From Candidatus Hermodarchaeota archaeon (GTDB lineage: Archaea; Asgardarchaeota; Thorarchaeia; Thorarchaeales; Thorarchaeaceae): 64,000 bases of DNA. The notes below the pieces were generated by a model. The model was not told the DNA's origin and did no database searches. It worked only from the letters and a program-made list of their open reading frames with translations. The position numbers were made by a program, and so were the translations under genes. Location of the stretch: assembly GCA_048885865.1 (NCBI GenBank), contig JBHLLF010000011.1, forward strand, positions 18,920 through 82,919, given 5' to 3'. Below are positions 9,334 to 18,536 of this stretch, one piece after another. The number at the start of each line of letters is the position of its first letter. Position 1 is the first letter of the stretch.

Positions 9334-9942
9334 TTAGGCAACAGGTTGACGAATCACAGTCTTGAGCTTCTCAGGAGCAGTTCTTCGAGGATCGCTTAGG
9401 TAAATCTCGTGGTGCTTTCCTCTGAGCTTGAATCCCCGCTCTTCAGCATAGGAATGTAGTCTATCAATTGTAGGCTTTTCCTCGGACCAAGGACCTAGGT
9501 GCAAGATTTGCACTGAATAGCCCTCTCGATAAGACTCAAACCTAAGTTTTCGGAGGGCGACTGGATCCTTCTTCTCCTTGACTTCTGGGATAGCCTCAAG
9601 GACATCACTTCTGGAAATGGGCTGTGGCTGCATAATCATTGAAGTCCAGTGCCACATTTCTTTTGAATCGATGTCAAAGCCCTCAGACCCTTCAACCCAC
9701 CACAATCCCTCCAGAGGCATCACCGTATAATCAGCAATCTTTGCCTTTTTCAATTTGAACTTCAGTGTGAAAGAGGTGGCATATAGAGCTTCCATCGCAT
9801 CTTGGTATTCTTGGGCAGTATTGGGGTCGCCTCGCCCATCAATCATTAAGAAGTTCATCTGAGGCACGTCTACTTCTGATGGCTGCTTTGAAGATGGCTT
9901 ATAGAACTCCTTCAAGACTCTCTTGTGGTCCACTTTCTTCAT
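9334..9942 (-). CDS. Stand-alone GyrI-like small-molecule-binding protein (Lin2189-like)
   Basis: IDGRGDPN, PLEGLWW, HLGP..EE, GKHHEIYLSDPRR; GAGGTG RBS before ATG 9942. Confidence 0.9.
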   Translation of the reverse strand: MKKVDHKRVLKEFYKPSSKQPSEVDVPQMNFLMIDGRGDPNTAQEYQDAMEALYATSFTLKFKLKKAKIADYTVMPLEGLWWVEGSEGFDIDSKEMWHWTSMIMQPQPISRSDVLEAIPEVKEKKDPVALRKLRFESYREGYSVQILHLGPWSEEKPTIDRLHSYAEERGFKLRGKHHEIYLSDPRRTAPEKLKTVIRQPVA

Positions 9943-9995
9943 TGTCTTACACCTCGCCTGAATACCAATCCCGAAATCCTTACGAGAATTCACTT

Positions 9996-10853
9996 CTATA
10001 AATTCCGGTGAACTGTATTTCTCTTGGATTTGCACACGATTCCCACTATTATGGCAAGCTCAACAGTGATTCCATAAATCATGACAAGATCTATTCCAGT
10101 AGGCTCGGGTGATTCTGTTGAGTCTGTCGTAGCAATGGTCGATGTCGTAGGATTATTCATTGCTGGGCCGATTGCCACATCGTCGATGTAGAAGGTTCCG
10201 GGCGCGCCATTTGATGCATGATTCTGAAGTCGCAGATATGTGATTTCAAGGTCCTGAGGAGATGAGGGCGCGCCAAATACTGCAGCATAGTCAGCTACTA
10301 TGGAGCGGTCAAGAATATGCCACTTGTTAGGCGACCAATTATAGAGGAGGTAATGGGCGCGCGTCACATTCGACTCTGCGTCACTGCCTGGATAACTGTA
10401 TCCAGACCAGACGTAGTTTAGTCCCCTAACGACTTCTGTTTCGGTGTTATAGACTGCCACGATGAATGAAGCTCTGCCATATTCACCGCATGTTATTCCG
10501 GTTCTAGTCGGAAATATCGCGGCGGAGAATCTAGTATCCTCAGTCACCGGTATAGGAGTGGAGAATACTTGGTCAACGAAGGCCCATATGTAGTATATAG
10601 AGTCCATTCGAAGTGCGTATGTTCCTGAGTATACTCGCGAGCTCTGTATTTGATTCTCTGCAGCATTCTCAATGTTGTCCCAAGAAGAAAAAGCTCCAGA
10701 TTCGAATCCGGGATTACCTACAGGATTCTCTTGCGAAATCCAATGAGATTCACTAGGATCTAGTGAATGGGTGGTGCTAGACAGTGACAACTCATATGAT
10801 GAGAGTATCAGACCTATGAGAACGAGTCCACCTAGAATGAATCTGCCTCTCAC
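9996..10853 (-). CDS. Secreted, membrane-anchored protein with a CBM4/9-like (galactose-binding-like) domain
   Basis: Signal peptide, NPGFESG...W, SGTYAL, FYIDDV, Thr-rich linker, C-terminal TM. Confidence 0.65.
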   Translation of the reverse strand: MRGRFILGGLVLIGLILSSYELSLSSTTHSLDPSESHWISQENPVGNPGFESGAFSSWDNIENAAENQIQSSRVYSGTYALRMDSIYYIWAFVDQVFSTPIPVTEDTRFSAAIFPTRTGITCGEYGRASFIVAVYNTETEVVRGLNYVWSGYSYPGSDAESNVTRAHYLLYNWSPNKWHILDRSIVADYAAVFGAPSSPQDLEITYLRLQNHASNGAPGTFYIDDVAIGPAMNNPTTSTIATTDSTESPEPTGIDLVMIYGITVELAIIVGIVCKSKRNTVHRNL

Positions 10854-10912
10854 GGATTTCCACTTACAGCTCCTGTAATCTTCAGTGGCTTAAATCTCCT
10901 GCCCATTTCTCT

Positions 10913-11749
10913 CTAAGTCTGGCATTTCGGACAGGTATACACGTGGCCTCCACCATGAGCGAGTTTCTCGATCGGAGACCCGCACTTAGGACATGACTGC
11001 CCTTTCATATTAGGCCCCATCAATGGAGTATATTGCCCCTGCTTTCCATAAAGGTCAGTAAATTGATCTTTCCCGCCAAGACGCACTCGTTCTTTGATTG
11101 TTGTAACAATCGCATCATATAGTGCCTTGATTTGACTACTGCTCAAGTCAGATGCCTTCTTCTTGGGATGTACACCAGCTTGATAGATTATGTCTTGGAA
11201 TGTGCTATTCTGAATACCAACGAGTACTGCTTCCTTTCCCACCAATGCCATTTTGATATTCTTTGAAATCTGTGATAGTTGGTCCTCGAACCATTTGGAA
11301 GTGAATCTCTTCTCGTCCGGGGAGACCACGTCCGAGAAATCCCTTCGATATACGTAGTTATTTTCCAGTTCCTCATTTGAGGCAGCGTCTATACTGCCCC
11401 ATCCCTTTAGCCTTAAAGAAAAGCGTGTCTTGTCGGAAAAGGTCAGTGTCAGATGGATCTTCTCGGGCAAACTAGTGTCATTTTCATGGAATCCAAATGT
11501 ACCCCCATATTCCGGAGCCAGAAACAAATTCATCTCATCGTCAAGTAGAATTCTTATGCCATTACCTCGTGAAACAACTGACTGAACTGTTCTCCCCAGT
11601 ATTTTGTCGAAGTTCTTCAAGCTCCCTACCATTTTGGACTTCTGCAACTTCTCTAATTCATCCAATTTCCAAGAATCAATCTTCTTTCCGACCAGCTCTT
11701 CGTTCATCTGCCTTGCGAGAATAGAGGCTTCAGGCAATTCAATACTCAT
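10913..11749 (-). CDS. Fpg/Nei-family DNA glycosylase-like protein with an atypical N-terminus
   Basis: MSIELPEA, RG(N), H2TH (GIQN..QDIIYQAGVHP), C-terminal CPKC...CPKC zinc finger. Confidence 0.85.
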   Translation of the reverse strand: MSIELPEASILARQMNEELVGKKIDSWKLDELEKLQKSKMVGSLKNFDKILGRTVQSVVSRGNGIRILLDDEMNLFLAPEYGGTFGFHENDTSLPEKIHLTLTFSDKTRFSLRLKGWGSIDAASNEELENNYVYRRDFSDVVSPDEKRFTSKWFEDQLSQISKNIKMALVGKEAVLVGIQNSTFQDIIYQAGVHPKKKASDLSSSQIKALYDAIVTTIKERVRLGGKDQFTDLYGKQGQYTPLMGPNMKGQSCPKCGSPIEKLAHGGGHVYTCPKCQT

Positions 11750-11765
11750 TTTCAATACTCTCCGT

Positions 11766-12809
11766 TCATACGCTCAAGAAGCGCATGTCTCCTTTGGAGA
11801 ATCGAGAGTATGCCTTTTTATCGTATTCACGGGTCAACTCAATCACATAGGCCTTGAGAGCCCTAGTTGTGGCCTTTCCGCCGACTCTGTCTGCGAATGA
11901 AACCACCAATTCCCATGCGGGTTCATGGGTTTTGGGAACATGGGTCCTCAGGAATCCCATGTCAGTTGTCCACTTGTCATACAACTGAATTAGCTTGGCA
12001 TCTATGCCAAGGTCTCTCAGCATCTTGAAATACAGATTCGCCCGAAACTGGGTAGTAAGGGGGTCTCTTCCTTTCTTGTGCTCTGCATAGGTGACTCCGT
12101 CTATTACGAGATTCTTGCCTCTATTTCGAAGCTCGCCATTCAATATAATTGTCCAAATCAATCTGTATAGGATATCACGACGATCTTGTATTATTCCTGC
12201 TCCAGCAACTGTATCTGGATGCTTCAATCCGAATTTCGTATTTGCTAGCTCGGAAAGGAATGCATGGACTGCTTTGAGGTCAGACGACTTTGTTCCCCGG
12301 ATTTTTGCATTCGCAGGATAGTCAATGACTTTCTTGACAGGAAGCTCCACAGTCTTCGATTCAATTATATCGTCACTGTTCAGACTCGCTCTAATCAAAT
12401 CAAGATGGGCTTTTCCTTGGAATGGCTCAATGAATTGCTCATAAGCCTTATCGGGGACCGCCTCACCAAGACGCTCTGAAACGCTTTCTCTGGTAATCTC
12501 ACCTATGTGAGCTTCAATCCAATCACAAGGGTATCTTGAACAATAGGCGCAATTCTGAATCCCGTTGTAGGTGGCACACTCTCTTGCTAAACACCCACGC
12601 ACAAAGTTGTGTACACCAACATCCTTAGCAAGCTTCTCATTTGGGATTTGACAAGATTGACATGGCTTGGCTGTTGGCGTGAAGCCTACATACTTCTTCG
12701 CATCATTGCGGTATAATTCCCAGCCCTCCTCAGAGATTCTTGAACGCACAAAGCAGCCCCACGGACAGGTGCCACAATAGTTCCCGCACTTGCTAATTGC
12801 TTGCTCCAA
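11766..12809 (-). CDS. DUF3795-like Cys-rich (metal-binding) domain protein with a C-terminal extension
   Basis: CGNYCGTCP, CQSC, CLARECA...CAYCSRYPC; likely TTG start at 12809. Confidence 0.7.
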   Translation of the reverse strand: MEQAISKCGNYCGTCPWGCFVRSRISEEGWELYRNDAKKYVGFTPTAKPCQSCQIPNEKLAKDVGVHNFVRGCLARECATYNGIQNCAYCSRYPCDWIEAHIGEITRESVSERLGEAVPDKAYEQFIEPFQGKAHLDLIRASLNSDDIIESKTVELPVKKVIDYPANAKIRGTKSSDLKAVHAFLSELANTKFGLKHPDTVAGAGIIQDRRDILYRLIWTIILNGELRNRGKNLVIDGVTYAEHKKGRDPLTTQFRANLYFKMLRDLGIDAKLIQLYDKWTTDMGFLRTHVPKTHEPAWELVVSFADRVGGKATTRALKAYVIELTREYDKKAYSRFSKGDMRFLSV

Positions 12810-12947
12810 TATCCTTTCCTCTTGCTTTAGTAGCATTGCAGTGATATAAACTTCCAGCCTGAAAAGGCGACGTAGTTCTCTTAATCCCTCCAGAGTCGAA
12901 AAACGCATATCATCGGTTCATCCCACAATACTCCGAGGAAGTCAGTT

Positions 12948-13805
12948 GTGAACGAATCTACTAGCAAAGATGCGGCAACAATTCAATCTACAATGATCGG
13001 ACCATTATGGGCGCGCGCAAAATACTCCCAGCTTTATCCAGATTTACTGAGGGACAACCAAGCCATAGATCTCCTTGAAAAGGTGAAAAGGGATTACAGT
13101 GGATCACAAGAGGACTTTGACATTTTAGAGGATTTCATTGATGAGTTGCTAGGACTTGCGTTTGCTATTAGAGCCAGAACATTCGACGACACAATTGCTT
13201 CATTTCTTCAAAGCAAACCCAATGCCACAATTGTGAATCTTGGTTGTGGCTTGGACACAACTTTTTCTAGAGTTGACAATGGGACCTTGCATTGGTTCGA
13301 TCTTGACCTCCCAGATGCAATAGACTATCGCCAGCGACTAATCCCAGAAACTTCAAGAAGTAGATGCATTGCGAAATCCATCTTTGATTTCAGCTGGATG
13401 GAAGACGTAGGCTTCAATGTTAGCGAGGGTCTCCTAATGATCGCAGGGGGACTCTTCGCCTATTTTGATGAGGAGGAAGTTTCACGATTTTTCAAAGCAG
13501 TGGCTCAAAGATTTCCTGGGGGAGAGATCATCTTTGATAGTAGTTCATCTCGAGGAAATTGGGTCATAAATAGGCGCTTCAAAAAGCATGGTATTTCGGG
13601 GATAGATCACAAATTCGATGCGAAGAGCCCAAGCCAAATAGAGAGCTGGTCTGAGCATCTTGAAGTAATTGATTGGTTTCCCTACTTCTCTCGCGTTGAA
13701 ACTAATCCAAAATGGAAACGTCGCACTCGCCTCATCATGAGTCTTAATTCAAGGTTCAGTCTTGCCAAATTCATCCGTGTGAGAATCAGGCAGTCTCAAC
13801 CATAA
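12948..13805 (+). CDS. Class I SAM-dependent methyltransferase (leucine carboxyl-MT/TcmP-like)
   Basis: PLWARA, RARTFD, NLGCGLDT, DLDLPD. Confidence 0.9.
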   Translation: MNESTSKDAATIQSTMIGPLWARAKYSQLYPDLLRDNQAIDLLEKVKRDYSGSQEDFDILEDFIDELLGLAFAIRARTFDDTIASFLQSKPNATIVNLGCGLDTTFSRVDNGTLHWFDLDLPDAIDYRQRLIPETSRSRCIAKSIFDFSWMEDVGFNVSEGLLMIAGGLFAYFDEEEVSRFFKAVAQRFPGGEIIFDSSSSRGNWVINRRFKKHGISGIDHKFDAKSPSQIESWSEHLEVIDWFPYFSRVETNPKWKRRTRLIMSLNSRFSLAKFIRVRIRQSQP

Positions 13806-13845
13806 GATAGAATTGTAGGCTTCATTGCTGATATGGACGAGCATC

Positions 13846-14604
13846 TTGAAAATAATCTCCTGGAACGTTAATGGAATTCGGGCATGTCTCAAGAAAGGAC
13901 TTCTTGAATTCGTTCAAAGCGAAAATGCTGATGTCTATTGCTTTCAAGAAACGAAGTCGTCATCTGGAATGGATGACATTGCACCACTAGCACTCAGCGA
14001 ATATGAGCAACATTGGCATCACGCAGTGAAGAAAGGATACAGTGGCACCATGATCCTTACAAGAGAACCACCAATCTCAATTTTTAGAGGCATAGACAAG
14101 AAGGGAATTGACACCGAAGGGCGTGCCCTTACGGCAGAATATGACGACTTCTATCTTCTGAACGTGTATTTCCCAAATGCAGGTCGTATGCTTGAAAGAC
14201 TGGACTTCAAATTGGATTTTAATGCAAGATTGCTTAGATATGCCCAAGGACTGCGCAAAGAAAAAGGTGTCATCATAACTGGCGATTTCAACGTTTCACA
14301 TAAGGAGATAGATATTGCCAGACCCAAGAGCAATCATGGTCATGCGGGTTTCACTGATGAAGAACGAGCATGGTTTGATCGACTAATGGCGAAGGGGTAT
14401 ATCGACACGTTCAGAGAATTTACGAAAGACGGTGGTCACTACACCTGGTGGTCATATCTTCATAATGCACGGATAAAGAATGTGGGTTGGCGGCTAGATT
14501 ATTTCATTGTGAGTGATGAACTAAGATCCATCGTTATACAGAGCAAAATACTCAATGATATAATGGGTTCAGACCATTGTCCTATCAGAATTCAGCTGAA
14601 ATGA
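13846..14604 (+). CDS. xth: Exodeoxyribonuclease III / AP endonuclease
   Basis: SWNVNG, QETK, GYSG, YFPN, GDFNV, YTWWSY, GWRLDYF, GSDHCP. Confidence 0.96.
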   Translation: MKIISWNVNGIRACLKKGLLEFVQSENADVYCFQETKSSSGMDDIAPLALSEYEQHWHHAVKKGYSGTMILTREPPISIFRGIDKKGIDTEGRALTAEYDDFYLLNVYFPNAGRMLERLDFKLDFNARLLRYAQGLRKEKGVIITGDFNVSHKEIDIARPKSNHGHAGFTDEERAWFDRLMAKGYIDTFREFTKDGGHYTWWSYLHNARIKNVGWRLDYFIVSDELRSIVIQSKILNDIMGSDHCPIRIQLK

Positions 14605-14624
14605 TAGTTTCAAGATTACTGCAA

Positions 14625-15092
14625 TCAAGAGAGCTTCAATTTCCATAGCCGTATCGTTTCCCACCATGCAAAAACCGCTCCAAGGGCACCAATGGCAAAC
14701 GCGATGTATCTATCGTAAAGCCCTGGTCTAGCGATGATGGTAAGGACAAGGTAAGCTATAGTCACCATTGTGAAGAAGATAGCCACGAACATATACCTTG
14801 GAAGAAACCTCCCTCGAAAGCCTATGAAATTCCTAAGCACTCCCACCTTTACAACTCTACTGACCTCATACGAATTGTCCGGAAGTTTCTCGACAAGCTC
14901 AAGGTCAACTAGTTTAGATAGATGGTGGCTAGCCACTGAAGGACTTGACATCCCAAGAGTCCTCTGTACTTCTCTAACACCCACCGAATCGCTTTGTGAG
15001 AGCATCAACCAGTATACACGCAATGTGTTTCCTCTTAGTTCCGGGTCGAGAGAAACCTCATCTTTCTTTTCTGACACGGCCACCACGCTCAT
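14625..15092 (-). CDS. Membrane-tethered winged-helix regulator (wHTH plus 2 TM)
   Basis: GVREVQRTLGMSSPSVASHHLSKL followed by two hydrophobic helices. Confidence 0.8.
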   Translation of the reverse strand: MSVVAVSEKKDEVSLDPELRGNTLRVYWLMLSQSDSVGVREVQRTLGMSSPSVASHHLSKLVDLELVEKLPDNSYEVSRVVKVGVLRNFIGFRGRFLPRYMFVAIFFTMVTIAYLVLTIIARPGLYDRYIAFAIGALGAVFAWWETIRLWKLKLS

Positions 15093-15149
15093 CTGGTCTT
15101 CATCTTCTACAGATTAATCTCTTCTTCCTTATCAGCACCCTCACAAATC

Positions 15150-15185
15150 TGTTCTAAACCGTGGACAGGGTGTTCTATTCCATGG
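15150..15185. promoter_or_regulatory. Direct repeat TGTTCTA-N2-CCRTGG x2, 21-bp spacing, in a divergent promoter
   Basis: tgttctaaaccgtgg at 15150-15164; tgttctattccatgg at 15171-15185. Confidence 0.45.
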
Positions 15186-15216
15186 TACTAAGTAGCTTTG
15201 AGTATAGGGAAAGGAC

Positions 15217-17475
15217 ATGCATCCAGTCATTGCCAGAGCTATTGATAGCGATATTAAGCAAAAGATGTTTGCCGCAGGACTTGTATCTGCACTTCTCGCA
15301 GTGAGCCTTGTGGGCACTATGGGCTATTTGGGAGGTGCCTTTGGCCCAACAGGACCACTCTCTCATTCGAATGCTCCTGTCTATACGATTGAGAATATTG
15401 TGGCCAGCGGCTTTGCTGATTTTGAGCCTCATGAAGAGTCGTTTGTACCTAATGCACCCGAATACACAGTCTACCAGGGTCTTTCGAATGTAGCCAATCT
15501 TGGCCAATTCGGAACCCTTCCTGCTGACCTGCTTTTCAAGATAGAAACGAGTGGATTTGCTGCTGCCACTCAAATTGAATACAAACAGATCCACGAAATA
15601 TTGCAATTGAATGATGATGAGGATGTTCCTAGTTTCGTTTCTTCAGATGCCGTCCTGCATGCATTCCACGTACTCTACGACTTAGCTCTTAGGGAGGTTG
15701 AAGTCTATTCCTTCTGGGACCTTCTTGGCAACCTGACCGCCTCTATGCTGGATTCCAGCTATGGACAATATCTAGTGGCCCCGGAAGGCAGATGGAAAGA
15801 AGCGGCATTAAGAAACATGATGTTCTTTACAGTGGCTCTGAAGCTCATCGATAGCAATTACGTGATTCCTCCAGCTTTCCCAGTTGAGATTGGCACTGAG
15901 GTCACTAAGGTGCTTACTCTGATTGATGCACATAATGAAATGACCGATGAGTGGTTCCAAGGATATCGAGAAGACTTCACTCAATTCGTGCCAAGGGGTC
16001 ATTACACCCGCAGTGAAACACTGGAACGATATTTCCAAGCAATGATGTGGTTTGGAAGAGTATCATTGCGGCTGCAACCTGATCTTCCAGAATTCCCTAA
16101 TGATAAAGGAAAGGACAACACCGCTCAGGCAATTCTCATTTCTCTGGCTTTGCTGGATGAGATTTCTACCATGCCGAGTGGAGTGACGGGATATGATCTT
16201 TGGGATGCAATCTACGAGCCTACAGTATTCTTTGTGGGTGCTGCTGACGACTTGCTACCTACCGAATACTTGCTATTAGTGCAAAGCATCTACGGATCGC
16301 AAATCACCATTCCTGATCTTGATGATGATGTCCTCTTGGAAGACTTCATTAATGCCGCTTTGGAGCTCCGAGAGCCAGCTATATTGGGACATCCAGTTCC
16401 AGATACATTGACTCTGGCTCAAACAATGGGACTCCGATTCATGGGGCAACGATACATACCTGATAGCTACATTCTGGGACAACTCGTGTACAAGAATGTC
16501 GGAACACTATTGAATCCAAGACTCATGCCAATGGGTCTAGATGTGATGGCTGCTCTTGGGTCGGAAAGAGCGTGGGAGCTCCTTGAACCTGAGAAAGTCT
16601 ATCAGAACTATGAGTCGCAGATGAACATGCTCTGGGACATGGTAGCCAATATCACTGAAGGAGAATGGACAAGCAACCTCTACTATCTGTGGTTGTACAC
16701 TCTTCTCCCTCTACTGTCCGATCCAGGTGAAGGTTATCCCTTCTTCATGCAAAGCGAGGCTTGGGTAGACAAGCAGCTATCCACCGCGCTAGGATCATGG
16801 GTTGAACTGAGGCACGATACAATTCTCTATGCCAAGCAGTCTTATACTTGGGAATTGACAGGAATGCCACCTCCCGTGAAGGGATATGTAGAGCCAGTTC
16901 CCCGAGTTTATGCGCGTTTGGCTTCATTGTGTAAGATGATGATTGATGGGCTTGATTCTAGGAGCCTTCTGTCCACTTTGATTGACAGCAAGCTGAACGC
17001 CCTATACGGTCTTCTATTAGATCTTCAGACAATTTCTATCAAGGAGTTGGAGGGAACTCCTCTGGACGAGGCTGAATACCGCCTCATTGAAGGCTGTGGA
17101 AAGACACTAGGATCAATTGTTGCAATGCCACAGGATGACTCCCTTACATCAGATGCTGACGATGACATGGCTGTCATTGCTGATGTTCACACAGACCCTA
17201 ATACTTTGAGTGTGCTTGAAGAAGCAGTTGGAAGACCTATGGTCATCTATGTAGCTGTTGAAGTTGATGGACAAGTCATTCTCACCAGAGGGGGAATATT
17301 CTCATACTACGAGTTTACTTGGCCGATGGATGATCGACTTACAGATGAGGCTTGGCAAGATATGCTTACACAGGGTGAGGCGCCACACCTACCAACTTGG
17401 ACTGCAAGTTTTGTGACTGACTCCGAGGTCACTTTGCTTGCAGCAAGTGCAATCACCTCTAAGGAATCAGAGTAG
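15217..17475 (+). CDS. DUF3160-family membrane-anchored protein
   Basis: DFTQFVPRGHYT, YFQAMMW.GR, RFMGQRY.PDS, SWVELRHDTILYAKQS, GYVEP, IADVHT, RLTDEAW. Confidence 0.88.
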   Translation: MHPVIARAIDSDIKQKMFAAGLVSALLAVSLVGTMGYLGGAFGPTGPLSHSNAPVYTIENIVASGFADFEPHEESFVPNAPEYTVYQGLSNVANLGQFGTLPADLLFKIETSGFAAATQIEYKQIHEILQLNDDEDVPSFVSSDAVLHAFHVLYDLALREVEVYSFWDLLGNLTASMLDSSYGQYLVAPEGRWKEAALRNMMFFTVALKLIDSNYVIPPAFPVEIGTEVTKVLTLIDAHNEMTDEWFQGYREDFTQFVPRGHYTRSETLERYFQAMMWFGRVSLRLQPDLPEFPNDKGKDNTAQAILISLALLDEISTMPSGVTGYDLWDAIYEPTVFFVGAADDLLPTEYLLLVQSIYGSQITIPDLDDDVLLEDFINAALELREPAILGHPVPDTLTLAQTMGLRFMGQRYIPDSYILGQLVYKNVGTLLNPRLMPMGLDVMAALGSERAWELLEPEKVYQNYESQMNMLWDMVANITEGEWTSNLYYLWLYTLLPLLSDPGEGYPFFMQSEAWVDKQLSTALGSWVELRHDTILYAKQSYTWELTGMPPPVKGYVEPVPRVYARLASLCKMMIDGLDSRSLLSTLIDSKLNALYGLLLDLQTISIKELEGTPLDEAEYRLIEGCGKTLGSIVAMPQDDSLTSDADDDMAVIADVHTDPNTLSVLEEAVGRPMVIYVAVEVDGQVILTRGGIFSYYEFTWPMDDRLTDEAWQDMLTQGEAPHLPTWTASFVTDSEVTLLAASAITSKESE

Positions 17476-17491
17476 TCACGGCGAGGAAGAT

Positions 17492-17529
17492 GGCGAGAGG
17501 ACGCGGGAAATCGTGGGCGTCCTCTCGCC
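17492..17529. terminator. Perfect 13-bp hairpin between convergent genes
   Basis: GGCGAGAGGACGC / GCGTCCTCTCGCC. Confidence 0.6.
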
Positions 17530-17641
17530 GCTTAAAAAGTGTTGGTTGTTAATGAAGAAATAAAAGGGAAACAAATCAATATACTAAGGAAGGCGATGTT
17601 GGGGCCTCGACAGCACAGTGGAAGTCCCGAGTTTAGGTCGT

Positions 17642-17860
17642 CTAGACCTCTTCGCCTTCACCAGGAGATTGCAGTTCAGCTATCTTCTCATCTATCTGCT
17701 TGATTCTGTCCTCTAAATGTGACCTTAATGCTTCAAGACGTTTGATCGCTGTTTCCTTGCTTTCATAGCCTGGAGCGCAATCCATGAATCCAAATAGTCC
17801 CGGCATCATTTCGAAGCCAAATCCATGTCTTCCTTTCATGCGTGGATGTGAATCACACAT
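17642..17860 (-). CDS. Small DUF5320-like protein (Gly/Phe-rich N-terminus, coiled-coil C-terminus)
   Basis: SKETAIKRLEALRSHLEDRIKQIDEKIAEL; TAATG overlap with the PadR stop; GAGGTGA RBS. Confidence 0.65.
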   Translation of the reverse strand: MCDSHPRMKGRHGFGFEMMPGLFGFMDCAPGYESKETAIKRLEALRSHLEDRIKQIDEKIAELQSPGEGEEV

Positions 17861-18438
17861 TATTCGCTTTTCACCTCCCACTCGTCTTCTTCACTTCCGA
17901 GTTCCTCCAAACGTTGGTTTACCCAAGCTAATTCGTTCTTCAGGTAATCACGGTACTCCTTGAGGAAATCTTCTCGCATCGAGAATAGTCCTGGTGACCA
18001 TCCCGCCTTCTTAAGAGCGGCAAATGCTATAGGGCTCTTGTGACGCTTCGCATGGTCAAAAAGAACAGTAGCAGTTTCACCTCTTGCAGCTTCCCCAAGG
18101 AAACTCCAAAACTTGTCCTGCATATGCATTTCCCCTCCCATGTGTTGGAGCACTCGAGTAAGGACTTCCTCTCCTCTTGGAGTGATGGAATATTCTATGG
18201 CGTCTGGACGTACTTCCTGACGGACCCGCCTCCCCTTGATCAAGCCTCTGTTGGAGAGTCTGCGAAGAGCAGGGTACAATGTACCGCTCTTCAACAGCAT
18301 TCCAAGTTGTTCTTTAAGGCCCGATAGAATTGCATAACCGTGAGCAGGTCCTTGTCTCAGCTGAGCTAGGATAAGGAGCTCTACCCGACTGATGCTTTTT
18401 CTTGGGGGGCCCATTCTTCTAGGTCCAGGAAATTCCAA
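17860..18438 (-). CDS. PadR-family transcriptional regulator
   Basis: GPAHGY, SGTLYPALRRL, YSITPRG. Confidence 0.92.
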   Translation of the reverse strand: MEFPGPRRMGPPRKSISRVELLILAQLRQGPAHGYAILSGLKEQLGMLLKSGTLYPALRRLSNRGLIKGRRVRQEVRPDAIEYSITPRGEEVLTRVLQHMGGEMHMQDKFWSFLGEAARGETATVLFDHAKRHKSPIAFAALKKAGWSPGLFSMREDFLKEYRDYLKNELAWVNQRLEELGSEEDEWEVKSE

Positions 18439-18456
18439 TTATATAGTCACCAACTT

Positions 18457-18494
18457 ATGTAGAGTTCTACATATAATTATGTAGACATCTACAT
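18457..18494. promoter_or_regulatory. Tandem PadR-type operators ATGTAGA-N2-TCTACAT
   Basis: Palindromes at 18457-18472 and 18479-18494 upstream of padR; they match the ATGT-N8-ACAT PadR pattern. Confidence 0.8.
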
Positions 18495-18536
18495 ATAAAC
18501 ATTGACTTCCGTGAACCTGGTCTCTGAATCTCTGAA

